This document shows, piece after piece, positions 1 to 10,000 of a stretch of 64,000 nt of DNA. How positions within the stretch are numbered: the stretch's first letter is position 1; every line of letters starts with the position of its first letter. The DNA is from Firmicutes bacterium UBA5389. GTDB taxonomy: Bacteria > Bacillota > DTU025. The position numbers were made by a program, and so were the translations under genes. The stretch is from the NCBI GenBank assembly GCA_002409965.1, contig DHON01000122.1, positions 19,867 through 83,866 on the forward strand, read 5' to 3'. The notes beneath the pieces were generated by a model, which made no database searches, was not told where the DNA came from, and saw only the letters and a list, made by a program, of their open reading frames with translations.

Positions 1-282
1 TCCGATGAGCCCGCGCTGGGCTTGCCGCGCGAGCTGGTTCATGGAAAAGGCTGCAAGTCCTGCGGCAACACAGGCTACTCGGGTCGGACCGCGATCCACG
101 AGATCATGATGGTCAACGAGCCTGTTCGCGAGTTGGTGTCGCGCAATGCCCCGAGCGACGAGATAGCGTCCGTTGCCCGGCAGCAGGGCATGAAGAGGCT
201 GATCGAAGATGGGGCGGAGAAGGTGCTCGCGGGCGTAACCACCATAGACGAAGTGCTCAGGGTGTCGGCAGGCGATGAATGA
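1..282 (+). CDS. pilB: Type IV pilus assembly ATPase PilB/GspE, C-terminal fragment (5' end lies outside the window)
   Basis: The frame is open from base 1. The C-terminal motif GCKSCGNTGYSGRTAIHEIM is typical of GspE/PilB ATPases. pilT and pilC follow directly. Confidence 0.8.
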   Translation, partial: SDEPALGLPRELVHGKGCKSCGNTGYSGRTAIHEIMMVNEPVRELVSRNAPSDEIASVARQQGMKRLIEDGAEKVLAGVTTIDEVLRVSAGDE

Positions 283-1378
283 TCGGAGTGTGAAGGTACC
301 TGTGTCGCTCAGTATGGACGAGCTGTTGCTCGAGGCGGTAAAACTGAATGCTTCCGATTTGCACCTCACCACCGGCTTGCCGCCGATGGTGAGGGTAAAC
401 GGGGTGCTGAGGCCGCTTCCCGACCTACCCAGGCTGATGCCCCCTGATACCGAAACTTTGGTGCACAGTATCATGAAGGACGAGGTGCGCCACAGGTTCG
501 AAGAGGCGGGAGAGGTCGACTTTTCCTACGGCATTCCTCGAATCGCCCGGTTCAGGGTGAACGCGTACTTGCAGCGCGGTTCGGTGGGGGCGGCGCTCCG
601 CGTTATTCCAACTGAGATACGCACCTTAGAGCAGCTGGGCCTGCCGGCGGTAGTGCGCGGTTTCGCCGAGAAGACCCGGGGGATGCTGCTGGTAACAGGG
701 CCCACGGGCAGCGGCAAGTCAACAACCCTGGCCGCCATGATCGACATAATCAACCGCGAGCGCGCGTGTCACATAATCACGCTGGAGGACCCCATCGAGT
801 ACCTCCACAAGCACAACCAGAGCATGATCAACCAGAGGGAGGTCGGCTCCGACACCATGTCCTTCGCGGCGGCGCTCAGAGCCGCGCTGCGTGAAGACCC
901 CGATGTGATACTTGTGGGCGAGATGCGCGATTTGGAGACTACGTCGATAGCGTTGACCGCCGCCGAAACCGGCCACTTGGTTCTTGCAACGCTGCACACT
1001 AACGATTCGGTGCAGACTGTCGATAGAGTAATCGACCAGTTTCCGCCGCACCAGCAGCAGCAGATCCGCGTGCAGTTCTCAGGAGTCCTACTCGGGATAG
1101 TCTCGCAGGCCTTGCTGCAGCGGGCCGACGGCAACGGCCGAGTGGCAGCCATCGAGGTGATGGTGGCCACGCCCGCAGTGCGCAACCTGATCCGCGAGGG
1201 CAAGACGCACCAGCTCTACTCGGTGCTCCAGACCGGCTCCAGGTTCGGGATGCAGAGCCGCGACTCGCACCTTAAGGAGCTTGCGCAGAAGGGCACCGTC
1301 ACTTGGGAGGACGCGTTGACATACGCCACTGACCCGGAGGAGCTGAGACGACTATCTCAGCAGGCAGTGAAGCTCTAG
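275..1378 (+). CDS. pilT: Twitching-motility (retraction) ATPase PilT
   Basis: 367 aa. N-terminal LNASDLHL motif, Walker A GPTGSGKSTT, Asp box and His box (ATLHTN), overall PilT-like. The ATG overlaps the pilB stop. Confidence 0.9.
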   Translation: MNDRSVKVPVSLSMDELLLEAVKLNASDLHLTTGLPPMVRVNGVLRPLPDLPRLMPPDTETLVHSIMKDEVRHRFEEAGEVDFSYGIPRIARFRVNAYLQRGSVGAALRVIPTEIRTLEQLGLPAVVRGFAEKTRGMLLVTGPTGSGKSTTLAAMIDIINRERACHIITLEDPIEYLHKHNQSMINQREVGSDTMSFAAALRAALREDPDVILVGEMRDLETTSIALTAAETGHLVLATLHTNDSVQTVDRVIDQFPPHQQQQIRVQFSGVLLGIVSQALLQRADGNGRVAAIEVMVATPAVRNLIREGKTHQLYSVLQTGSRFGMQSRDSHLKELAQKGTVTWEDALTYATDPEELRRLSQQAVKL

Positions 1379-1396
1379 CAGAGGGAGGTGAGAGGG

Positions 1397-2635
1397 ATGG
1401 CTAGCGTAAGTTGGACCTATCGCGGCCGGGACATGTCCGGCAAGACTGTTGAAGGCTCCATGGACGCCGAGACGGCCGACGGCGTGGCCGAACGCCTGAG
1501 GCAGCAGGGTTACATACCCACCATGATAGCCCCTGCCAAGCGCGGGGTATCGGCCGCGCTCGACATGCCTATCGGCGGGGCCAAGAAGGTTCAGGCTGCG
1601 ACCAAGATGACCGTTACCCAGCTCTACCTGGTGTCTAGGCAGCTCGCCACGATGATCGCCGCCGGCATCCCTCTCGTGCAGTCCTTGGCCATCCTGGGCC
1701 AGCAGGTGGACGATGCCCGGGTAGGTCAGCTCCTCGCGGACGTCAGGCACAATGTGGAGTCGGGAGAGACGTTCGCCGCGTCGCTGGGCAAGTATCCGGC
1801 GGTGTTCCCTCCGCTCTTCGTGCACATGGTGGAGGCGGGCGAGGCCTCCGGTACCATGGACGTGGTGCTTGACCGGGTGGCTACGCATTTCGAGAAGGAG
1901 GTGGAGGTGCGGGGGAAGATCAAAGGGGCTCTTACATACCCCGCGGTGTTGGTATTGGTAGCCGCCGGGGCCATCATGGCCCTGATGGGGTTCGTGTTGC
2001 CAACGTTCATCGACATGTTCGCGGAGTTCGGCATGGAACTGCCCATGGTGACCCGCGTGCTCTTCGGCTACGGCAAGAGCGTGCAGAACTACTGGTACCT
2101 ACATTTCGGAGTGCCGGCGCTCATCATCATCGCGTTCATGAGGTACATCAAGGGTTCGGGCAAGTCGTGGTGGGACCACTTCCTGCTGGGAATCAAGGTC
2201 TTTGGATCCGTTGTGCGCAAATCCCAGACCGCCCAGTTTGCACGGACCTTTGGAATGTTGATGCAAAGCGGCGTGCCCATGCTACAGGCTCTTGACATCT
2301 TGGACAGGTTGTCAGACAATGCCGTTGTTCGAGAAACGGTGAAAGAAGCCAAAGCTTCAGTGCGAGACGGTGTAGGACTTGCGAGACCTCTCAGACAATC
2401 GCAAATCTTCCCACCAATGCTCGCGCACATGGTGGCCATCGGCGAGGAGACCGGCGCCCTCGACCAGTTGCTCCACAAGACCGCCGACTTCTACGATCGC
2501 GAAGTAGACCAGGCGATCCAGAGCCTCACCGCGATGATAGAGCCGGCGATCATACTGGTGATAGGCGTGTTCGCGGCCTTCATCGTGGCGGCGATCATGG
2601 TGCCTATGTTCAATATGGCGAATTTGGCGATGTAG
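1397..2635 (+). CDS. pilC: Type IV pilus platform protein PilC (GspF family)
   Basis: Two GspF-type repeats and three TM segments. GGGAGG lies 8 nt upstream of ATG 1397. The ORF track start at 1388 is an alternative. Confidence 0.9.
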   Translation: MASVSWTYRGRDMSGKTVEGSMDAETADGVAERLRQQGYIPTMIAPAKRGVSAALDMPIGGAKKVQAATKMTVTQLYLVSRQLATMIAAGIPLVQSLAILGQQVDDARVGQLLADVRHNVESGETFAASLGKYPAVFPPLFVHMVEAGEASGTMDVVLDRVATHFEKEVEVRGKIKGALTYPAVLVLVAAGAIMALMGFVLPTFIDMFAEFGMELPMVTRVLFGYGKSVQNYWYLHFGVPALIIIAFMRYIKGSGKSWWDHFLLGIKVFGSVVRKSQTAQFARTFGMLMQSGVPMLQALDILDRLSDNAVVRETVKEAKASVRDGVGLARPLRQSQIFPPMLAHMVAIGEETGALDQLLHKTADFYDREVDQAIQSLTAMIEPAIILVIGVFAAFIVAAIMVPMFNMANLAM

Positions 2636-2718
2636 AGGGTTCCCTATGGACAAGTCCCAGTACGTTGACCATTCGAAAGAAGACGTGTCGAGACTAGGAA
2701 AAGGAGTGAGATGATACT

Positions 2719-3078
2719 GTGAGGAATGAAAAAGGTTTCACCTTGATGGAGCTGATGATCGTTATCGTGATCATCGGTGTCTTGGCGGCAATTGGGATAC
2801 CTGCTTATAACGGCTATGTGAACAAGGCCAAAGAGGCCGCGTGCAAAGCGAACAAACGCACTATTGAGACAGCAGCAGGCCTGTACTGGGCCGAAACGGG
2901 GCTGGCGATTGCCGAAGATAAGATCACCACAAGTGCGGATTGCGTGCTGAAGGGTTACCTGACAAATGTAGGCGAGATACTATGCCCGCTGGATACCGCC
3001 GCAGAAAAGGCGGGCTATGGTTTCGGTATCGATGACGCTGGCAAAGTGACTGTAACCTGTAAGGCGGGCCACAATTAG
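2719..3078 (+). CDS. pilA: Type IVa major pilin (prepilin)
   Basis: Short leader MRNEKG followed by [22 protein letters not shown], the class III signal with N-methylation site and Glu5. 119 aa with four Cys. Composition is visibly more AT-rich than the neighbouring genes. Confidence 0.85.
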   Translation: MRNEKGFTLMELMIVIVIIGVLAAIGIPAYNGYVNKAKEAACKANKRTIETAAGLYWAETGLAIAEDKITTSADCVLKGYLTNVGEILCPLDTAAEKAGYGFGIDDAGKVTVTCKAGHN

Positions 3079-3150
3079 CGGTCAGCTCAGCTCGAATAAT
3101 GGTCGTACGGTCGGATGAGATGGCCCTTTCGGGCACAGTGTTGGTTCTGT

Positions 3151-3182
3151 CATGCCGGGCACTTTCTGCGTCGCCCGGCATG
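3151..3182 (+). terminator. Perfect 10-bp hairpin downstream of the pilin gene (possible attenuating terminator or stabiliser)
   Basis: CATGCCGGGC (3151-3160) pairs with GCCCGGCATG (3173-3182) around a 12-nt loop. There is no clear U-tract. Confidence 0.35.
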
Positions 3183-3227
3183 CTCCTTATCCAAAAAGAT
3201 GAAGTGAGCTGTGTTCGATTGCTGTTC

Positions 3228-3968
3228 ATGCTGACATTGCTAGCGGCTGTCTTGGGCCTTGGCATCGGCAGCTTCCTCAATGTCTGTATCTGCCGCTTAC
3301 CTGAGCATCGCTCGATCGCGTGGCCGCGGTCGTCATGCCCACACTGTGGGAGGCGGCTTGCGCCACGCGATCTAGTGCCGGTCGTGAGCTACTTGCGTTT
3401 GGGCGGCAGGTGCAGATACTGCAGGGAGCCCATATCACCTCAGTATCCGATCGTGGAACTTGCGACCGGTCTACTTTTTGCCGCCATCGTGGCAGCTTAC
3501 GGGGTCAGCCTGGCAAGCATCAAACACATGATCTTCGTTTCTCTTCTCATAGTCGTCGCGGGAACCGACATCAACACCCGTCTCATTCCCAACACCGTCA
3601 CCTATCCCGGTATGGCCATCGGCCTCATCTTGTCCCTGTTCGTCCCGGGCATCTCCCTGCTGCAGTCCATCATAGGCCTCCTGGTATGCGGGGGCGTTGT
3701 CTATTTGCTCGCCTTGGCTAGCCGTGGAGGCATGGGCGGGGGCGATATCAAGCTCATGGGGATGATGGGGGCGTTTCTGGGGTGGGATGCGGGCCTGCTG
3801 GCTCTGTTCATCGGGGCGCTTTTGGGGTCGGTTGTGGGGATTGAGCGTATCGCTTTGGGCAAGCAGAAGCGGCGCGACCCCATGCCGTTTGGGCCGTTTC
3901 TCGCCGTAGGAGGCCTGATTTCTGCGTTTTTCGCCCCGTCTATCCTGTCTTTCATCTTTTTTCAGTAG
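3228..3968 (+). CDS. pilD: Prepilin peptidase / N-methyltransferase PilD (peptidase A24)
   Basis: N-terminal CPHCGRRL...CRYC zinc-type motif and a multi-TM A24 body with a GGGDIKLMG motif. The upstream part of the ORF (3099-3227) does not look like PilD, so the call was trimmed to ATG 3228. Confidence 0.85.
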   Translation: MLTLLAAVLGLGIGSFLNVCICRLPEHRSIAWPRSSCPHCGRRLAPRDLVPVVSYLRLGGRCRYCREPISPQYPIVELATGLLFAAIVAAYGVSLASIKHMIFVSLLIVVAGTDINTRLIPNTVTYPGMAIGLILSLFVPGISLLQSIIGLLVCGGVVYLLALASRGGMGGGDIKLMGMMGAFLGWDAGLLALFIGALLGSVVGIERIALGKQKRRDPMPFGPFLAVGGLISAFFAPSILSFIFFQ

Positions 3969-4037
3969 GAGTTTATCTATTGCAGTCGAATAGCTAATAA
4001 GGTGTTTTGTACTCTTCGTCTCAGGGGGGATGGATCG

Positions 4038-5168
4038 GTGCCGATCGGTCTTTTCGGAAGACGCGCTAAGAGCATGGTCGGGCTTGACATCGGCACAAGC
4101 CGCGTCAAGTTGGTTGAACTAACGGCGAGGGGCGCGTCTGTCGAGCTTACGCGCGCGGCAGTCGAGCTGACCCCAGTGGACGTGATCCGCGACGGGAAGG
4201 TGGTACAGCCCGAGCAGGTGGCCGCGGTGATCAAGAAGGCTCTCGCTGCTGGTCGCTTCAGGCCGGGCGAGGTGGTGGCGGCCATTGCCGGGCAGGGAGT
4301 GGTCGTGCGGCATGTGCAGTTTCCGAAGATGCCTGAAGAGGAACTGCGCGAGGCTCTCAAGTGGGAGGGCCAGAAGTACATACCTTTCCCCATGGAAGAA
4401 GCGGCAGTTGATTTCGAGATCATCCGAGGCGTTGCCGACCCCGAGGCGGCGAACATGGAAGTGATGCTCGTCGCGGCGCAGCGGAGCATCGTCGACTCGC
4501 ATCTTGCGGCGATAGAACTGGCAGGGCTCAGGGTGGTCGCTGTGGACGTGCAGCCGTTTACGGTCCTTCGGGCGCTGCGATATGAGCCTTTGGGGGCCGA
4601 GAGCCCGTGCTCCGCGGCCAACGGGGTCGTGGCCTACGTCGACATCGGCGCAGGTACCACTGATATCGTCATCGCTGACGGCGAGATCATTCGGTTCACC
4701 CGAATCGTGCCCGTGGGAGGCTACAGCTTCACCAGGGCCATCGCCGACCGTCTTGGCATCGGATTCGAAGAGGCGGAGCAGATCAAGATCGAGGAAGCCC
4801 GCATCTATGAGGACCAGTCGCACCTGGATGCGCTGGACGCCCGGGGTCGCGCGATTGCCGAGGCGGTGCTCGAGACGGCCTGCGCCATCGGCACTGAGGT
4901 CCGCCGGTCGCTGGATTACCACGATCTGCAGCTGCAGGGCAGGAGGGACGATGCCTCCGTCAGCCGGGCGGTGTTGGCCGGAGGAGGATCTGTCCTAGAC
5001 GGGCTGGACCACTATCTCCAGGGCGAACTGGGGCTGCCCACCAGCATGTGCGACCCCCTGCGGAATATAGCGATCAACCCCAAGGTCGCGTCCAGGCTCG
5101 ATCTGGACAAGCTGGGGCCGATGCTCGCTGTGGGCGTGGGCCTCGCTCTGCGGGAGGTGGTTGATTAA
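4038..5168 (+). CDS. pilM: Type IV pilus assembly protein PilM (actin-like ATPase fold)
   Basis: N-terminal LFGRR...VGLDIGTSRVKLVEL is typical of PilM. GTG 4038 is preceded by GGGGGGA; ATG 4074 is an alternative start. Confidence 0.85.
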   Translation: MPIGLFGRRAKSMVGLDIGTSRVKLVELTARGASVELTRAAVELTPVDVIRDGKVVQPEQVAAVIKKALAAGRFRPGEVVAAIAGQGVVVRHVQFPKMPEEELREALKWEGQKYIPFPMEEAAVDFEIIRGVADPEAANMEVMLVAAQRSIVDSHLAAIELAGLRVVAVDVQPFTVLRALRYEPLGAESPCSAANGVVAYVDIGAGTTDIVIADGEIIRFTRIVPVGGYSFTRAIADRLGIGFEEAEQIKIEEARIYEDQSHLDALDARGRAIAEAVLETACAIGTEVRRSLDYHDLQLQGRRDDASVSRAVLAGGGSVLDGLDHYLQGELGLPTSMCDPLRNIAINPKVASRLDLDKLGPMLAVGVGLALREVVD

Positions 5169-5722
5169 TGCCCAGGATCAACCTGCTGCCAGAGCGCCAA
5201 GCCAAGAAGGCGCCGGTCAGTCCGAAGCGGCTTGTCTTCGTTGTTGTCGTGGAGGTCGTGGTGGTTGCCGCGCTCGCGGTCGGCCTGAGCCAGCTCTTTA
5301 CAATGCGCCAGATGGAGCGGGAGCTGGCGCAGGTTGGGGCACAACTCGCGACGATGCAGCAGGACCTGGACGTACTGAGCCGTGTGCAGACGCGCGCTAA
5401 GGAGATGGACGCTCTTGCCGACGAAATCCGGTCGATTCAGGCCGAGAACTGCGCCCCCGCTCCGGTCCTGCGTGAGCTGCGCAACATCATCCCGCAGGAT
5501 GTGTGGCTGGAATCGTTCTCAACTGACCCGAAGGGGGCCATAAGCATAGGCGGGGCCACGTTCTCTATGGAGTCTGCGGCCCGTCTTTCGTTGCAGCTCG
5601 AGCGTTCGCCCGTATTCGTCGATGTCAAGCTGGGTTCAGTCTCCTTGGGATCTAGGGGCGAAAGCCAGGTGTACACATTCAGCATCGGCTGTGCCCTTGA
5701 GACGGCCGGGGCGGGGAGGTGA
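5168..5722 (+). CDS. pilN: Type IV pilus assembly protein PilN
   Basis: N-terminal MPRINLLPERQ motif, a single TM helix, and a TAATG overlap with pilM. Confidence 0.8.
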   Translation: MPRINLLPERQAKKAPVSPKRLVFVVVVEVVVVAALAVGLSQLFTMRQMERELAQVGAQLATMQQDLDVLSRVQTRAKEMDALADEIRSIQAENCAPAPVLRELRNIIPQDVWLESFSTDPKGAISIGGATFSMESAARLSLQLERSPVFVDVKLGSVSLGSRGESQVYTFSIGCALETAGAGR

Positions 5723-5728
5723 GCCAGG

Positions 5729-6385
5729 ATGTCTGCATTTGACCACACCAACCGGCAGATGCGGCTATTGGGCGCGCTCATAGTAGTCCTGGCTGCGGCA
5801 GGCCTTTATCTGTACGTCTACTTACCGCAGCAGCGCCGGCACGAACAGCTCAGGGCCGACCTTGATAGGGCCAACTCGGAGCTTTCGATCAGCCTGGCGA
5901 AGATGCGCAAGGCACCCGAGGCTGAGGCGCAACTGGAAGCGGCCATCGCAGGGCTCGAGTCACTGATGCGCCTGATCCCGGAGGAGGACAAGCTCAACTG
6001 GATCGTGCGCGACATCGAATCGGTGGCCCTGGCCAACCGCGTAATCGTCGCCGAGGCCGCCCTGGACGACGGCAAGCTGCGCGGAAGGTACCTGGAGGTC
6101 CCCCTTACACTGGCTTTGACGGGCAAGTACGAGGATGTGCTCAGTTTCCTCGAGGGCCTGATCGGGCTGCCCAGGATCATCAACGTACACGGCTTCACTT
6201 TCGAGGGCGGGGCATCGCGCCCTGATGTTCAGGCGGCGGAGGCGATGGCAGAGACAGCCGAAGCCGAGTCCGGCCTGCCTCGCGAGAACTTGATCTCCGC
6301 CACCGTGCAGGCCACAACGTATGCTTTGGCAAAGGGGGGTGGGCAGGTTGATAAACCTCAGGCGAAGCCGGCCGCGGGTCGCTAA
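5729..6385 (+). CDS. pilO: Type IV pilus assembly protein PilO-like
   Basis: One N-terminal TM helix, a coiled-coil segment, then an alpha/beta domain. Its position after pilN supports the call. Confidence 0.65.
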   Translation: MSAFDHTNRQMRLLGALIVVLAAAGLYLYVYLPQQRRHEQLRADLDRANSELSISLAKMRKAPEAEAQLEAAIAGLESLMRLIPEEDKLNWIVRDIESVALANRVIVAEAALDDGKLRGRYLEVPLTLALTGKYEDVLSFLEGLIGLPRIINVHGFTFEGGASRPDVQAAEAMAETAEAESGLPRENLISATVQATTYALAKGGGQVDKPQAKPAAGR

Positions 6386-7007
6386 GGTGGACTTGGCCCC
6401 AGCCCCGGTTGCGGCAGGTTCTGTGGATTCGGCGGATTCCGCTGACGAGCAAGAGCGAGCGAGGCGGCGGCGGCATGTGTGGATACCCGCTCTGGTCCTG
6501 GTGGCGCTGATCGGAGTTGCGGCGGGATATTTCCTTTTCATGGCGAGCGACAGGCGTGCGGCTTTGAGCCCTGGTGCGTCTGGGCCGACCGTGGCGGCGG
6601 GCGGCCGTTTCGCTCAGAGGTTCGCCGACCTGCTAGCCGCGAGCGATGTCGCCGGGCTGACGGCAGACGGGCCGGCGCTTGGGGCGAACGAGGGAGGCCG
6701 TTGGGATCCGTTTGCGCCGCTGGTGGAATTGGGGCCGGCTGTCAAGCCCATCGAGTCCGATAGCCGAGCGGTTGCCCCGCCTGAGCCCGAGCCTGAGCCG
6801 CCCAAGCCGCCGCAGGCGATGCTCACGGGGGTGTTGCGGTCAGGGGGGAGGGCGGTCGCCATCATTCGCGTGGAAGGGCAGACACGGCTGACCCGGGTGG
6901 GGGAGTCTCCATTCGACGGCGCTGTGGTCAGATCCATAGACGACAAGTCTGTTGTAGTATCGTTTCTCGGAGAAGATATCCACTACTCCCTAGGGGGTGA
7001 GCAGTAA
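6348..7007 (+). CDS. PilP-like pilus assembly protein (TM anchor, Pro/Ala-rich linker, C-terminal beta domain)
   Basis: It sits between pilO and pilQ. The C-terminus LTGVLRSGGRAVAIIRVEGQTRLTRVGESPFDGAVVRSIDDKSVVV resembles the PilP beta-sandwich. The start is uncertain (6321, 6348 or 6387). Confidence 0.45.
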   Translation: MINLRRSRPRVAKVDLAPAPVAAGSVDSADSADEQERARRRRHVWIPALVLVALIGVAAGYFLFMASDRRAALSPGASGPTVAAGGRFAQRFADLLAASDVAGLTADGPALGANEGGRWDPFAPLVELGPAVKPIESDSRAVAPPEPEPEPPKPPQAMLTGVLRSGGRAVAIIRVEGQTRLTRVGESPFDGAVVRSIDDKSVVVSFLGEDIHYSLGGEQ

Positions 7008-10000
7008 TGATGAAGGTTGAACGCGCTGGCGCTCTTGCCTGTGCTGCGGCGGTCGTGATCTGCCTGGCGCTGGCTTTAGCGCCGGGAGCGTTGGCGGCAT
7101 CGCCCAAGGTCGACTTGGACCTGGTCGGGGCGGAGATCGCAGACGTGTTCCGGGCCCTGGCCGAGCTGGGCGAGATGAATATCGTGCTCGACCCCGCAGT
7201 GCAAGGCAGGCTCACCATTCGCCTGCATGACCTGACGTGCGAGGAGGCTCTGAAGCTGGTTGCCTACATTACGGGCGTGGAATACCGCATCGTGGGGACG
7301 AGCCTGATCGTCACCCCGCCCGGAAAACCCAGCGCCCTCGATCCGATGCAGGTTGAGAGGTTTTCGCTCACTCATGCTAGGGTGGACGATGTAATGCCCG
7401 TGCTGGGCTTGGTGGCCGACAGCACTAAGTTGCAGGCCGACCCGAGGACCAACTCGGTGATAGGCCGGGGCTCGGCTGCCGGATTGGAGCAGGTCAGGCA
7501 CGTCATCTCCATGCTGGACGTGGCGGTGGCTCCGCCTGAGGCCGTGATCCCTGCCGCCGGCGAGGGCGTGCAGGGCAAGCAGGAGGCTCCGGCTGAGTCT
7601 CTTGAAGTTGTGCGGCTCAGCTACGCCTCGGCGAAATCGGTGGCGGGCCTTCTGGGTCTGGTGGTCCCGACCGGCAAGATCCAGGCCGATTCGGAGATCA
7701 ACGCCATCGTAATGCTGGCGGACGAGGCCGCGCTGAACAGAGCCCGCGAGATCATAGCGCAGGTTGATATTGCGTCTGCCCAGGCACCGCTGGCTTCTGC
7801 TTCTGGGGGAACCAGAGTATCGGGGCAGGAAGCGCCGGCGGAGGCTGAGGCGGTCAAGGTAATCAAGCTGTCGTGGTCGCCGGCGGAGAGAGTCTCCGAG
7901 GCTCTGAGCGTGGTGGTGGACGGTGCGAGGATCGGCGTGGATTCCCGCACTAACTCGCTTGTGGTGCGCGCCCGGCAGTTGGAGATGTCGCGTGTCGAGG
8001 AGATCGCGGCGCTTCTCGATGTGCCGGTGGTCGAGCCGGAGAAGCCGATCGAGCCTGAGTCGCCCAAGCCCCAACCGCGCGCGCTGGAGTCGTTCTGTCT
8101 CACTCACGCAGACGCGCAGGCTGTGCAGGCAGCGCTGGCTTTGGTCGTTCCGGCCGAGGCCGTGCATGCCGATGCACGTACCAACTCGCTCCTGGTGTTC
8201 GGCGCGCCTGACGAAATGGCGCGCGCCCGGGAGATGATAGCTCTGATCGACGCGGCGGCTCCTGCGGAGGATTCCCCGACTGCGGTGGAGATAAGCGCGC
8301 CCGAGCCTGTCGCGCCGGTCGCGGACGCGGCTCCGGCCAGGACGGTTCACGCGTTCCGCTTGGCGCAGGCCGACCCCGCCGCAGTGCGGGAGGCGCTCGC
8401 CCTTGTGGTGTCCCGCGATGCGGTCCATGTGGACTCCCGTACTCGGACAGCGCTGGTTCTGGGGCTGCCTGACGAGATCGCCAGGGCAGCTGAGATAGTG
8501 GCCTTGCTCGATACGGCGCCGGCCGAGGCCTACCTCGTAGCGGAGCCGAAGCTCAAGCCGCAGCCGGAGCCGCCGGCCGATGTGATCCGCGTGGCGCGAC
8601 TGGAGCATGCCGTGGCGGCCGAGGCGCGCGCGGCTATCGCGTCCGCGATCCCCGGAGTGGGCCTGACGGCTGACGCCCGCACCAATTCCGTGATCGTAGT
8701 GGGCCCAGCTGAGCTGCAGTCGCGAGTGGACCAGCTCATCGCCGCGCTCGATGTTGGAGTGGACCAGCCTGAGCCTCCTGTTGCGCAGATGCAGCCGGCG
8801 CCCACCGTGTTCGGGCCCGAGCCGGAGACGGCCGAGGTAGTTCGGCTGGAGTATGCCGCGCCTGCGGCAGTGCGCCAGGCGCTCGCGCCCAGTCTGCCCG
8901 AGTCCAAGATGAGCGTGGACGAGCGGACCGCGTCCATTGTCATAGTGGGCACCGCCGCCCAACGCGAGCAGGCCAAGCGGATCATAGCCCGACTGGACGT
9001 GGAGGTTTCCTCGTCTGCCGACGAGATCACGGCGCCGGTGGCCCCGGCCGACCCCGAGGTGCTGCAGGTGTTCAGGCTGTCGCATGCGCAGGCAGCGCGT
9101 GTGCGGGAGGCGTTGGCCCCTGTGGTGCCGGTCGACTGCATGACGGTGGATGAGCGCACCAATTCGCTCATCATGAGTGCCTCCCGGTCGCGCGTAGCGC
9201 GGGCCGGAGAGGTCATAGAGAGGCTAGACGTGGAGGTTAAGCCCGTCCCGGGCCAGCCGGACGAGCCGCCGGAGGAGCCCGAGGCGGAAGTGGCAAGCTA
9301 CAGGCCGGCCAACGCCCCTGCGGAATCGCTGCGCCCGGCTGTGGGTCTCTTGGTGGCGCTATCCGACATTCAGGTCGATTCCAGGACCAACACTCTGCTG
9401 GTCCGAGCCGCGCCATCGGTGCAACAGCGCGTGGCCGAGCTGGTGCGAGGGCTGGATGTGCCGGTTGTACCTGCGCCTCAGCCGGAGCTTGGACCCGCGC
9501 CCGAAGCCCCGCCGCCTGAGGTGATGCGGGTGTTCCGGCTGACGCATGCGGCAGCATCCGACATGAAGGCACTCCTGGGAATAGCGGCGCCTGCAGCCAA
9601 AATGCAGCCGGATGATCGGACCAGGTCGCTGATTGTGATGGCGCCTGCGGCTACTTTGGCTGTTCTGGATGAAATGGTGCGAACGTTGGACATTCCGGCG
9701 GTGCCTAGCGTGCAGGCGAGTGCACAGTCGGAGCCTGAACCGGATCCTGTGGCGACGCGGGTGTACAGGCTAAACCACGCAGTGCCCGGGGATGTGGCGA
9801 AGGCCCTGGAAGGGCTGGTGAAGGGCGCCGTAAAGGCAGATTCACGCACATCCTCACTGGTAGTCGAGGCCGCGGAGTCGCAGCATGCCAGAGCGCTGAG
9901 TCTCATCGAAGCCCTCGACAGGGAGCTCCCGCAGGTGCTGATAGAGGCGAGGCTGGAGGAGCTGTCGGGCGATGCAGGCCAAAGGCTGGGGTTGGACTGG

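Noticed and set aside
6321-6385. A 65-nt overlap between pilO and the pilP-like ORF if the track start (6321) is used.
   Set aside because: An RBS-preceded TTG at 6348 or GTG at 6387 gives a more ordinary junction. The start was left uncertain rather than claiming an unusual overlap.
7076-9085. Very long antisense ORF (669 aa) opposite pilQ. Similar long antisense or alternate-frame ORFs occur at 16367-17359, 18546-19685, 29957-30841, 32507-33511, 34919-35884, 46019-46831 and 62292-63074.
   Set aside because: Their composition is Arg/Gly/His/Pro-rich with no recognisable motifs. Each fully overlaps a gene with clear family signatures on the + strand. Long spurious ORFs are expected in GC-rich DNA.
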